Source: Candidatus Rokuibacteriota bacterium
GTDB taxonomy: Bacteria > Methylomirabilota > Methylomirabilia > Rokubacteriales > DASRDR01
DNA: 25,927 nt
Assembly (NCBI GenBank): GCA_044866005.1
Contig: JBIOTN010000176.1
Coordinates: 1 to 25,927 of the forward strand
Direction of reading: 5' to 3'
Shown here: positions 1 to 7,573 of the stretch, in pieces
Layout of the letters: each line of letters opens with the position of its first letter
How positions within the stretch are numbered: position 1 is the first letter of the stretch
The notes under the pieces: generated by a model
What the model saw: only the letters and a program-made list of their open reading frames with translations
The model's database searches: none
Told to the model about the DNA's origin: nothing
Program-made: the position numbers and the translations under genes

Positions 1-19
1 CCAGGCGAGCAACCTGACT

Positions 20-47
20 GGGCCTCGACGGCCCCCTCCGAGAAAAG
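20..47 (-). repeat. REP-like palindromic element, copy 1 (after waaA stop)
   Basis: Minus strand TAG-CTTTTCT-CGGAGGGGGCC GTCGA GGCCC; its core is nearly identical to plus strand 19080-19100. Confidence 0.65.
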
Positions 48-1328
48 CTAGCGGCGCTCGGAGGCGGGTCGCCCCAGCAGGGCGTCCAGCGCCTCGATCG
101 TGCGCTGGCACGCGCCCTGGTGGGCTCGCACGGCGGTCCAGGCGGCCTCGCCGAGCGCCCGCCGCCGCTCGGGGTCCGCGAGGAGCGCGCGCAAGGTCGT
201 CAGGAGCTCGGCCCCATCGCGGACCTGGATGGCGCCGCGAGCCTGGAGCAAGAGCGCGGCGACCTCGCGGAAGTTCGTCATGTGGGGTCCGAAGAGGATC
301 GGCTTCGCGTGCAGGGCCGGCTCGATGGCGTTGTGCCCGCCCGAGGGGACGAGGCTGCCGCCGACGAAGATCACGTCGGCCATCCCGTAGAGCGTCGCCA
401 GTTCGCCGACCGTGTCGACGACGATGAGGTCGCTCGATCCCTCGCCAGCGGTGAGTCGGCTGCGCCGGACCGGGCGCAGGCCCCGCGCCCGCGCCAGCCC
501 CTCGACCTCGTCGGCGCGCTCGGGATGCCGCGGCGCGAGCAGCAGGACCAGCGGCTCCCCGCTGTCACGGAGCGCGCGGAAGGTGTCGAGGAGCGGCCCC
601 TCCTCGCCGCGGTGCGTGCTGCCGGCGATCCAGATCCGCTGCGGCCCGAGGTGAAGAATCCGCCGCCACAGCCGCTCCGCCCCCTCGTCCACCGCGGGCG
701 CCTCCATCTTCAAGTTGCCGGTGACGACCACGCGCTCGGGCCGCGCGCCGAGGGCGATGATGCGCCGCGCGTCCTCGTCGGACTGCATCGCGAAGAGCGC
801 GACGTCGTCGAGCACGCGCCGGAAGAGCCCGCGCACGGCGAAGTAGCGGCGAAAGGAGCGGTCGGAGATCCGTCCGTTGGCCAGCACCGCGGGGACGCCG
901 GTCCCGGCGAGCGTCCGGAGCAGATTCGGCCACAGCTCGGTCTCGAGCGCCACGAAGCAGCGCGGGCTCACGCGCCGGACGGCCCGCCGCGTGGCGAAGG
1001 CGAGGTCGATGGGGAAGACGAAGGTCGTCGTCGGTTCCGGCAGCCGGGCCCGCGCGACACGCGCGCCGGTCGCGGTGACGGTCGAGACGACGACCTCCGT
1101 GGCCGGCCAGCGCTGACGCAAGGCGTTCACGAGCGGCACGGCGGCCACGACCTCGCCGACCGAGACCGCGTGGACCCAGAAGCGTTCGGGCCCCGGCTGG
1201 AGCGGCGCGCGCCCCAGGCGCTGGCCGAGCGCCAGCGGGTGCCCGGCCCGCCACACCTTCCGGACGAGGAAGACGGGCAGGTAGGCGAGGCCGAGAAGCG
1301 CGAGCGCGACGCTATAGAGAGCGTACAC
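48..1328 (-). CDS. waaA: 3-deoxy-D-manno-octulosonic acid (Kdo) transferase
   Basis: N-terminal membrane anchor; motifs WVHAVSVGE, ETELWPN, NGRISDRS, TGNLK, AGSTH, APRHPER, FVGGSL and GGHNAIEP; last gene of a lipid A cluster. Confidence 0.97.
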   Translation of the reverse strand: MYALYSVALALLGLAYLPVFLVRKVWRAGHPLALGQRLGRAPLQPGPERFWVHAVSVGEVVAAVPLVNALRQRWPATEVVVSTVTATGARVARARLPEPTTTFVFPIDLAFATRRAVRRVSPRCFVALETELWPNLLRTLAGTGVPAVLANGRISDRSFRRYFAVRGLFRRVLDDVALFAMQSDEDARRIIALGARPERVVVTGNLKMEAPAVDEGAERLWRRILHLGPQRIWIAGSTHRGEEGPLLDTFRALRDSGEPLVLLLAPRHPERADEVEGLARARGLRPVRRSRLTAGEGSSDLIVVDTVGELATLYGMADVIFVGGSLVPSGGHNAIEPALHAKPILFGPHMTNFREVAALLLQARGAIQVRDGAELLTTLRALLADPERRRALGEAAWTAVRAHQGACQRTIEALDALLGRPASERR

Positions 1329-2058
1329 GACTGGCGCCGACGGCGCGGTCCGCCTCGGCCGTCACGCGGCGCAGGGCCGTCTCGAGCGCCTGCCGCTGCG
1401 CCTCGAGCGCGTCGCGCCCCGCGTCGGCCGGCACGACGAGCGGCTCGCCGAAGACGACCGCGGCGCGCGCGAACGGGTACGGGACCAGGAACTCGTCCCA
1501 GGAGCCGAGCACCGCCCCGGGCGAGGCGCTGAAGCCGACGGGCAGGATCGGGGCGCGCCCGAGCTTGGCGAGGAGGACGGGGCCCGGCTGCGCGACGTAG
1601 CGCGGGCCGCGCGGTCCATCCGGCACGAGCGCCACTTCCGCCCGCTCCTCCCGGAGGAGCCGCGCCAGGCTCCGGAGCGCCGTGGAAGCCCCGCGCGACG
1701 TCGACCCGCGCACCGGCCGGAACCCGAAGGCCTGGACGAACCGGCTCACGACCTCGCCGTCGCGCGAGCGACTGGCCAGGACGTGGACCCGCCGCGCGCG
1801 GCCGTAGAGGTACGGAAACATCAGCATCCGCCCGTGCCACGTCGCGTAGATGACCGCGCCGCCCGCCGCCCAGACGCGCTCGGCCGCCCCGCGATTGACC
1901 TCGACGACGCGCAGGGTCCGGCCCAGCAGCCGCACCGCCAGGCAGCCGAGCGCGAGCCCGCCGCCGAGGATCGCCCGGTCGCGCCAGCGGAGCGGCGCGC
2001 CCGCCGCCCGCGCCGGCCGGACCGGCCCCCGCCGCTCAGCCGATGCCCTCGTACCCAC
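1312..2058 (-). CDS. DUF374 family lysophospholipid/lipid A acyltransferase (LpxJ-like)
   Basis: Motifs WHGR, ASRSRDGE, VRGS and PDGPRGP typical of DUF374; lies between lpxB and waaA. The start is uncertain (GTG at 2058 or 2076). Confidence 0.85.
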   Translation of the reverse strand: MGTRASAERRGPVRPARAAGAPLRWRDRAILGGGLALGCLAVRLLGRTLRVVEVNRGAAERVWAAGGAVIYATWHGRMLMFPYLYGRARRVHVLASRSRDGEVVSRFVQAFGFRPVRGSTSRGASTALRSLARLLREERAEVALVPDGPRGPRYVAQPGPVLLAKLGRAPILPVGFSASPGAVLGSWDEFLVPYPFARAAVVFGEPLVVPADAGRDALEAQRQALETALRRVTAEADRAVGASRVRSL

Positions 2059-3205
2059 TCTCCCGCAGCACCGCACGCGCCGCGCGCGCGCCGGCCCCGG
2101 CGGCGCCGAGCCGGCTCCGCACCTCGCCGAGGGCCGCCTGCTGGGCGCGCCGTGCGGGCTCGTCGCCGAGGAGCGCGAGCGCCGCCTCGGCCACGGCGGC
2201 CGGCGTCGCGCGTCCCTGGATCAGCTCGGGCACGATGGCGCGCCCCGCGATGATGTTCGGCAAGCTGATGTGGGCGACGCCGCGGACGAGCAGGCGCGCG
2301 AGGGCATAGGAGACGGGCGACAGCCGGTAGAGCACGACCATCGGCGTGCCGTAGCAGGCCGTCTCGAGGGTCGCGGTGCCGGAGCCGACCAGGACGAGGT
2401 CGGCCGCCGCCATGACCCGGTACGCCTCCCCGGCGAGCACCGGCACGTCGAAGCGGGCGCGCCCCAGCGCCGCCGCCACGCTCTGAGGCGCGACCGTCGG
2501 CGCGAGGGGCAGGACGAACCGCGCCCGGGGGACGCGGCGCCGGATCCGCGCGGCAGCCGCCAGGAGCAACGGCAGGTGGCGTCGCACCTCTTCCGCCCGG
2601 CTGCCGGGAAGCAGGCCGATCAGGACGTCCCGGTCGCGCGCCAGGCCCTCTCGTGCCGCCGGGCGCGCGAGCGGCGGCAGCACGTCGAGGAGGGGGTGAC
2701 CCACGAACTCCACGGGGACCCCGGCGTCGCGGTAGAGGCCGACCTCGAACGGGAACACGGCCAGGACGCGGCTCACGTCCCGCGCCATCGCGCGGAGCCG
2801 ACCGCGCCGCCAGGCCCAGACCTGCGGCGGCACGAAGTAGACGACGGGGATCCCGAGCGCCCGCGCCCGGCGCGCGAGCCAGAGGTTGAACTCGGGAAAG
2901 TCGATCAGGACGACCGCCCGCGGCCGACGCTCCCGCAGACAGCGGACGAGGTCTCGAAAGATCCGGATCAGGACCGGCAGCCGCCCGAGGACCTCGGTGC
3001 CTCCCACCACGGCGGCCCGCTCGATCCCGTGGAGGATCCGGACCCCGGCGGCCGCCATCCGCGCGCCCCCCATGCCGGCGAGGGCGAGGTCGGGCGCCAC
3101 GGCGCCGAGCGCGCGCGCGAGCGTCGCGCCGTGGAGGTCGCCGGAGGCCTCGCCGGCGACGAGCAGCACGTCAATGGGTCCCCGAGTCCCCGGCGACGCC
3201 GACAA
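2036..3205 (-). CDS. lpxB: Lipid-A-disaccharide synthase
   Basis: Motifs VAGEASGDLHG, IDFPEFN, PQVWAWR, FVGHPL, LLPGSR, SGTATLE and SLPNII. The true start may be the GTG at 3169, just after the lpxI stop. Confidence 0.96.
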   Translation of the reverse strand: MSASPGTRGPIDVLLVAGEASGDLHGATLARALGAVAPDLALAGMGGARMAAAGVRILHGIERAAVVGGTEVLGRLPVLIRIFRDLVRCLRERRPRAVVLIDFPEFNLWLARRARALGIPVVYFVPPQVWAWRRGRLRAMARDVSRVLAVFPFEVGLYRDAGVPVEFVGHPLLDVLPPLARPAAREGLARDRDVLIGLLPGSRAEEVRRHLPLLLAAAARIRRRVPRARFVLPLAPTVAPQSVAAALGRARFDVPVLAGEAYRVMAAADLVLVGSGTATLETACYGTPMVVLYRLSPVSYALARLLVRGVAHISLPNIIAGRAIVPELIQGRATPAAVAEAALALLGDEPARRAQQAALGEVRSRLGAAGAGARAARAVLRESGYEGIG

Positions 3206-3989
3206 CGCTCACGCCCAGCCGCTCGGCCTCGGCCGCGACCACCTCCCGGTCGAGCAGCAGCACCCGGCCGGCCTCGACCGCGAGCGCGGCGGCCCGGCCC
3301 GCGGCGCAGAGGGCGAGCGTCCCGGCGCCGACCGCCGGGACGTCGAAGCGGTAATCGTGGGTCGGGCCCGTCGCCTTGGCCACCGTGGCTCCGGGGCCGG
3401 CGAGGGCGAGTCCGCGGCGAATCGTCTCGTCCGTCCCCTCCATGGCCTCCACCGCGACGACCGTCCCGGCGCGCACGACCACCGTCTGCCCGATCCCGAG
3501 CCGGGCGAGCTCCCGTGCGACGCGGAGTCCGTGGGCGATGTCGGCCCGGACCCCCTCCGCCGGGGCGGGGCCCGCGGCGTGGCCCGACGGCGCCAGCCAC
3601 GACCCGAGGAAGCGCCGCTGGTCGAGGACCTCGATGCCCATGGACGCGAGCGTCGCGGTCGCGGTCTCGAGCAGCGCCGTGTCGCTCCAGTCCGGGCTCT
3701 GGTCCAGGAGGGCGCGGGCGGTCGCGTCGACGGGCGCGCCCTGGAAGAGCGCCGCCTTGCCGACCCGTCCGGCCAGGACGACGTGACGGATCCGCTCCTC
3801 GGCCAGGGCCGTCAGGATCGGCTCGACCTGGCCCATCCGGCACGCCACGATGCGGTCGGCGACCTGGGCCAGCCCGGCCGGGTCCTCGAGCGCGAACGCG
3901 ATCACCCGCCAGCCAGCCCGCCGCGCCTCGCGCGCCATCAGGGCGGGCAGGGCGCCGCCCCCGCCGACGAGGCCGAGTGCCGCGGTCAT
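3171..3989 (-). CDS. lpxI: UDP-2,3-diacylglucosamine diphosphatase LpxI
   Basis: N-terminal LGLVGGGGALP, IGQTVVV, AVEAMEGTDETIRR and DYRFDVPAVG (DUF1009/LpxI signature); directly upstream of lpxB. Confidence 0.93.
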   Translation of the reverse strand: MTAALGLVGGGGALPALMAREARRAGWRVIAFALEDPAGLAQVADRIVACRMGQVEPILTALAEERIRHVVLAGRVGKAALFQGAPVDATARALLDQSPDWSDTALLETATATLASMGIEVLDQRRFLGSWLAPSGHAAGPAPAEGVRADIAHGLRVARELARLGIGQTVVVRAGTVVAVEAMEGTDETIRRGLALAGPGATVAKATGPTHDYRFDVPAVGAGTLALCAAGRAAALAVEAGRVLLLDREVVAAEAERLGVSVVGVAGDSGTH

Positions 3990-3990
3990 T

Positions 3991-4995
3991 TCAACGGGGC
4001 GGCCAGGACAGGTGCGCGCGGCCCTCCCGGATCATCCCCTCGATGGCGAGGGCGACGGCCAGCGACCGGACGTCGTCGTGCTCGCTCCACTCCACCCGGC
4101 CCGTCCCCTGCGCCTCCCGGACCGCGCTGAGGAGGTGCAGGATCTCGAGCTTGAGCGGGTTCTCCTTGTGGACGAACAGGTGCTCGACGAACGACTCCTG
4201 GCGGTAGCGGATGGACTCGCGGTTCAGGATGTACTCCGACGCCGCGCGGCGATGGATCTGGATGTCCTGGTCGGTGTAGTTCAGGGAGATGTAGGCGTCA
4301 CCCTGCGTGATGGCGAGAGTCCGGATCTTCTGCTCGGTCGCGCGGCTCGCGGTGATGTTGGCGAGCGCCCCGTTCTCGAACACGATCTGCACGTTGGCGA
4401 CGTCGGGCTGGGCGGAGTGCACCCGGGCGCCCGCCGCGGTGATCTCGCGGATCTCCGCGTCCACCAGGCCCAGCACGATGTCGATGTCGTGGATCATCAG
4501 GTCCATGATGACCGTGTCGTGTTGCACCCGCGGAACGAACGGGCCGAGCCGGCGGGATTCCACCAGGATCGGGTTCACCACGATCTTCCGCAGCTCCTGG
4601 ACGGCGCCGTTGAAGCGCTCGACGTGGCCGACGTGGAGCACGACGTTCCGCTCGCGGGCGATCCGGAAGAGGGTCCGGGCCTCCTCCAGCGTCGGCGTGA
4701 ACGGCTTCTCCACCAGGACGCCGATCCCCGCTTCCATGAACGCCCGCGCCACCTCGAAGTGCAGGGGCGTCGGCACGGCGATCGAGACCACGTCGACCTT
4801 GCCGAAGAGGTCGCGGTAGTCCGTGAAGCCCTGCGTGTCGTACTGCGCGGCGAGCGCGGCCGCCTTGCTCGCGTCCACGTCCACGAGCCCGACCAGGTCC
4901 ACGTCCCACAGCTCCGCGTAGACGAGGATGTGGTACTGGCCCATGTGCCCCGCCCCGACCACCCCGGCGCGCATGCGCTTGTGTTCTGGTTTCAC
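3991..4995 (-). CDS. Gfo/Idh/MocA family NAD-dependent oxidoreductase, probable UDP-GlcNAc 3-dehydrogenase (GnnA-like)
   Basis: Rossmann motif GVVGAGHMG, plus EKP, VGHVERFN and DLMIHDID. GTG start at 4995 preceded by AAAGGTG; the longer ORF call overlaps lpxA out of frame. Confidence 0.9.
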   Translation of the reverse strand: MKPEHKRMRAGVVGAGHMGQYHILVYAELWDVDLVGLVDVDASKAAALAAQYDTQGFTDYRDLFGKVDVVSIAVPTPLHFEVARAFMEAGIGVLVEKPFTPTLEEARTLFRIARERNVVLHVGHVERFNGAVQELRKIVVNPILVESRRLGPFVPRVQHDTVIMDLMIHDIDIVLGLVDAEIREITAAGARVHSAQPDVANVQIVFENGALANITASRATEQKIRTLAITQGDAYISLNYTDQDIQIHRRAASEYILNRESIRYRQESFVEHLFVHKENPLKLEILHLLSAVREAQGTGRVEWSEHDDVRSLAVALAIEGMIREGRAHLSWPPR

Positions 4996-5006
4996 GGTCG
5001 CACCTT

Positions 5007-5795
5007 TCAGCAAATGCCGCGCTTGGACGCGGCGATGAAGTCGACCAGGCGCGTGATGTGCTCGGAGGACGCAAGCTCTTTCCGGATCGTGTCGAGCGCA
5101 GCCGCCGTGGTGTGGCCGGACCGGTAGAGGATCTTGTACGCCCGCTGCAGGTCCAGGCGCGCCGCGGCGGACACGCCCGCGCGCCGCAGCCCCACGATGT
5201 TCACGCCCCGGACCTGGACGGGGTTGCCCTCGACCAGGAAGTAGGGCGGCACGTCCTGCGGCAGGCGCGAGCAGCCTCCCACGAAGGCGAGCGTGCCGAT
5301 GCGCACGAACTGGTGGACCCCGACCAGGCCGGAGATGAAGGCCCCATCGCCGACCTCGACGAAGCCGGTCAAGCCGGTGTAGCTCGTGAGCACGACGCGG
5401 TCCCCCACCCGGCAGTCGTGCGCGACGTGCGCACTCGCCATGATGAAGCAGCCGTCGCCGATGGTCGTCCACCCCTCCTCCACCGTGGCGCGGTGGATGG
5501 TGACGTGCTCGCGAATCACCGTGTCGGCGCCGATCCGGACGCCCGACGGGGTGGCCGGATCGAACTTGAGGTCTTGCGGCGGGGACCCGATCACCGCCCC
5601 GGCGAAGATGCGGCAGCGCGGCCCGACCTCGAGCCGTCCCTCGAGCACCGCGTGCGGCCCGATCTCCGTGCCGTCCGCGACCGCGACGTTCTCCCCGATG
5701 ACCGCGTACGGGCCGACGCGCACCCCCGCCCCCAGCTCGGCCTTGGGGTGCACGATCGCGGTGGGATGGATGTCGGTCCCACGCTCCGCGTCCAT
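5007..5795 (-). CDS. lpxA: Acyl-ACP--UDP-N-acetylglucosamine acyltransferase
   Basis: Hexapeptide repeats; IHPTAIV, PQDLKF, IREHVTIHR, catalytic AHVAHDC, VHQFVRIG, QDVPPY and NIVGLRRAG. Confidence 0.97.
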   Translation of the reverse strand: MDAERGTDIHPTAIVHPKAELGAGVRVGPYAVIGENVAVADGTEIGPHAVLEGRLEVGPRCRIFAGAVIGSPPQDLKFDPATPSGVRIGADTVIREHVTIHRATVEEGWTTIGDGCFIMASAHVAHDCRVGDRVVLTSYTGLTGFVEVGDGAFISGLVGVHQFVRIGTLAFVGGCSRLPQDVPPYFLVEGNPVQVRGVNIVGLRRAGVSAAARLDLQRAYKILYRSGHTTAAALDTIRKELASSEHITRLVDFIAASKRGIC

Positions 5796-6944
5796 TCAGG
5801 TCCTTCCCTCGCCCAGGCGTCGCTCCAGCTCCGCGAGTCGCCGCTCGAGCGCGCGCACCGCGCGTAGAAGCCCCGGCAGCCGCGGGAACGCCGCCATCGC
5901 GCGACGCGCCTCGGCGACGGGCATGGCGGGGCTTCCGAAGACCGCGCCACCGGCCGGGACGTCCCGGTGGACGCCCGACTGGGACCCGACCTGCGCGGCG
6001 TCACCGATGGCGACGTGATCCGCGAGTCCGACCTGGCCGCCGAGGATGACGCGGTTGCCGATCCGGCACGATCCGGCGATCCCCGTCTGCGCCACGATGA
6101 TGCTGTCGTCCCCGACCGCGGTATTATGGCCGATCTGCACCAGGTTGTCGATCTTGGTCCCCCGCCCGATCACCGTCTCGCCGAGCGTCGCGCGGTCGAT
6201 CGTGACGTTCGCGCCGATCTCCACGTCGTCCTCGACGACGACCCGGCCGACCTGGGGGACCTTCCGGTGACGGGTCCCGTCGAACGCGTACCCGAACCCA
6301 TCCGCGCCCAGGACGGCGCCGCCGTGGATCACGACGCGACGGCCGACCTGGACGTCCTGCTGGAGGACCACGTGGGGGTGAAGCACGCTGTCTTCGCCAA
6401 TGCGACAGCGCGCGCCGATGACGACGTGCGGGTGGAGGACCGCCCGCGCCTCGACCACGCTCTCCGGGCCGACCACGGCGAAGGCGAGGACGGTCGCGTC
6501 CGGGGCGACGCGAGCGGAGTCGGCGACGACGGCCAGGCGGTGCACGCCGGGCGGGAGGGCGGCCGGAGGGTGGAAGAGTCCCAGCAACGTGGCGATGGCG
6601 AGGTGCGGTCGCACGACGCGGATCACCGCGCGCCCGGGCAGCTCGACGTCCGGCGGGACCAGCAGCGCACCGGCCCGGCTCCGCTCGGCGTCGGCACGGT
6701 ACCGCCGCCCGGCGACGAAGCTGAGCTCGCCGGGACCGGCGCGCTCGAGGCTGGCGATGCCGTGAATGGGCAGCGCGGGGTCTCCCTCCACGGCGCCGTC
6801 GACCAGCCGCGCCAGCTCGCCCAGCGTCCTGGCGGCCGGCCGCGACGCGACGGCCGCCCCCCGCGCGCCGGGCTGCGCCGCGCCCCCGTGGCCGCGCGAG
6901 GCCTCCGGCCGACCGCCCCCGGGGCCACGCTCCCGCGGAGACAC
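5796..6944 (-). CDS. lpxD: UDP-3-O-(3-hydroxyacyl)glucosamine N-acyltransferase
   Basis: [39 protein letters not shown] and GGQVGLADH; about 38 aa low-complexity N-terminal extension. Confidence 0.97.
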   Translation of the reverse strand: MSPRERGPGGGRPEASRGHGGAAQPGARGAAVASRPAARTLGELARLVDGAVEGDPALPIHGIASLERAGPGELSFVAGRRYRADAERSRAGALLVPPDVELPGRAVIRVVRPHLAIATLLGLFHPPAALPPGVHRLAVVADSARVAPDATVLAFAVVGPESVVEARAVLHPHVVIGARCRIGEDSVLHPHVVLQQDVQVGRRVVIHGGAVLGADGFGYAFDGTRHRKVPQVGRVVVEDDVEIGANVTIDRATLGETVIGRGTKIDNLVQIGHNTAVGDDSIIVAQTGIAGSCRIGNRVILGGQVGLADHVAIGDAAQVGSQSGVHRDVPAGGAVFGSPAMPVAEARRAMAAFPRLPGLLRAVRALERRLAELERRLGEGRT

Positions 6945-6945
6945 G

Positions 6946-7473
6946 CTACTTCTTCTCCTTCGCCTTCTCCTGGTCGTAGGCCTTGATGATCTCCTCGGTG
7001 ACGTCGGCCTCCCCGTCGCCGTAGATGACGGAGGCGCCGCGCTTCTCGAGGATCAGGAGGTACCCGTGGTCCTTCCCGTGGCGCTCGATCAACCCGGTCA
7101 GGTCCTGGAGGATGCGCTGTGTGAGCGCCTGCTCCTTCCGCTCGAGCTCCTTCTGGAAGTCGTCGACCAGCCGCCGAAGGTCGCGTACCCGCCGCTGGAG
7201 CGACTCCTCCTTCTCCCGCTTCGCGTCCGCCGAGAGGACGAGGCCCTTCTTCTCCAGCTCTTCCCTGAGCTTCTCCACCTCGGTCCGACGGGCGTCGACG
7301 TCCTTTTGCATGGTCGCCTTCTCGCGTTCGAGCTGCTCGCGCGCGGCCACGCCGGCGACGGATCGCACCAGCACCTTCTGGACGTCCACGAAGCCGATCT
7401 TCGACGCCCCGTCCGCAGGGGCTCCGATCAGCAGCAGCACCAGGATCCCGACCACGCCGCCAGCCCATCTCAT
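6946..7473 (-). CDS. skp: Periplasmic chaperone Skp/OmpH
   Basis: Signal peptide, [11 protein letters not shown], long charged coiled coil, GYLLILE and DVTEEII; lies between bamA and lpxD. Confidence 0.93.
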   Translation of the reverse strand: MRWAGGVVGILVLLLIGAPADGASKIGFVDVQKVLVRSVAGVAAREQLEREKATMQKDVDARRTEVEKLREELEKKGLVLSADAKREKEESLQRRVRDLRRLVDDFQKELERKEQALTQRILQDLTGLIERHGKDHGYLLILEKRGASVIYGDGEADVTEEIIKAYDQEKAKEKK

Positions 7474-7498
7474 CCGCCCACCTCGCTCTCAGATAGAC

Positions 7499-7573
7499 GC
7501 TTCGCCCGCGGGCTTCGCCCGCGCAACCCCTCCCCGGGGGAGGTCCGGACGGGGGCAGAGCCCCCCTCCGGGG
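7499..7573 (-). repeat. REP-like palindromic element, copy 2 (bamA-skp)
   Basis: TAG-CCC-CGGAGGGGGGCTCTGCCCCCGTCCGG hairpin, then CGCGGGC-GAA-GCCCGCG. Direct repeat GCTTCGCCCGCG at 7499-7510 and 7512-7523. Confidence 0.65.
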
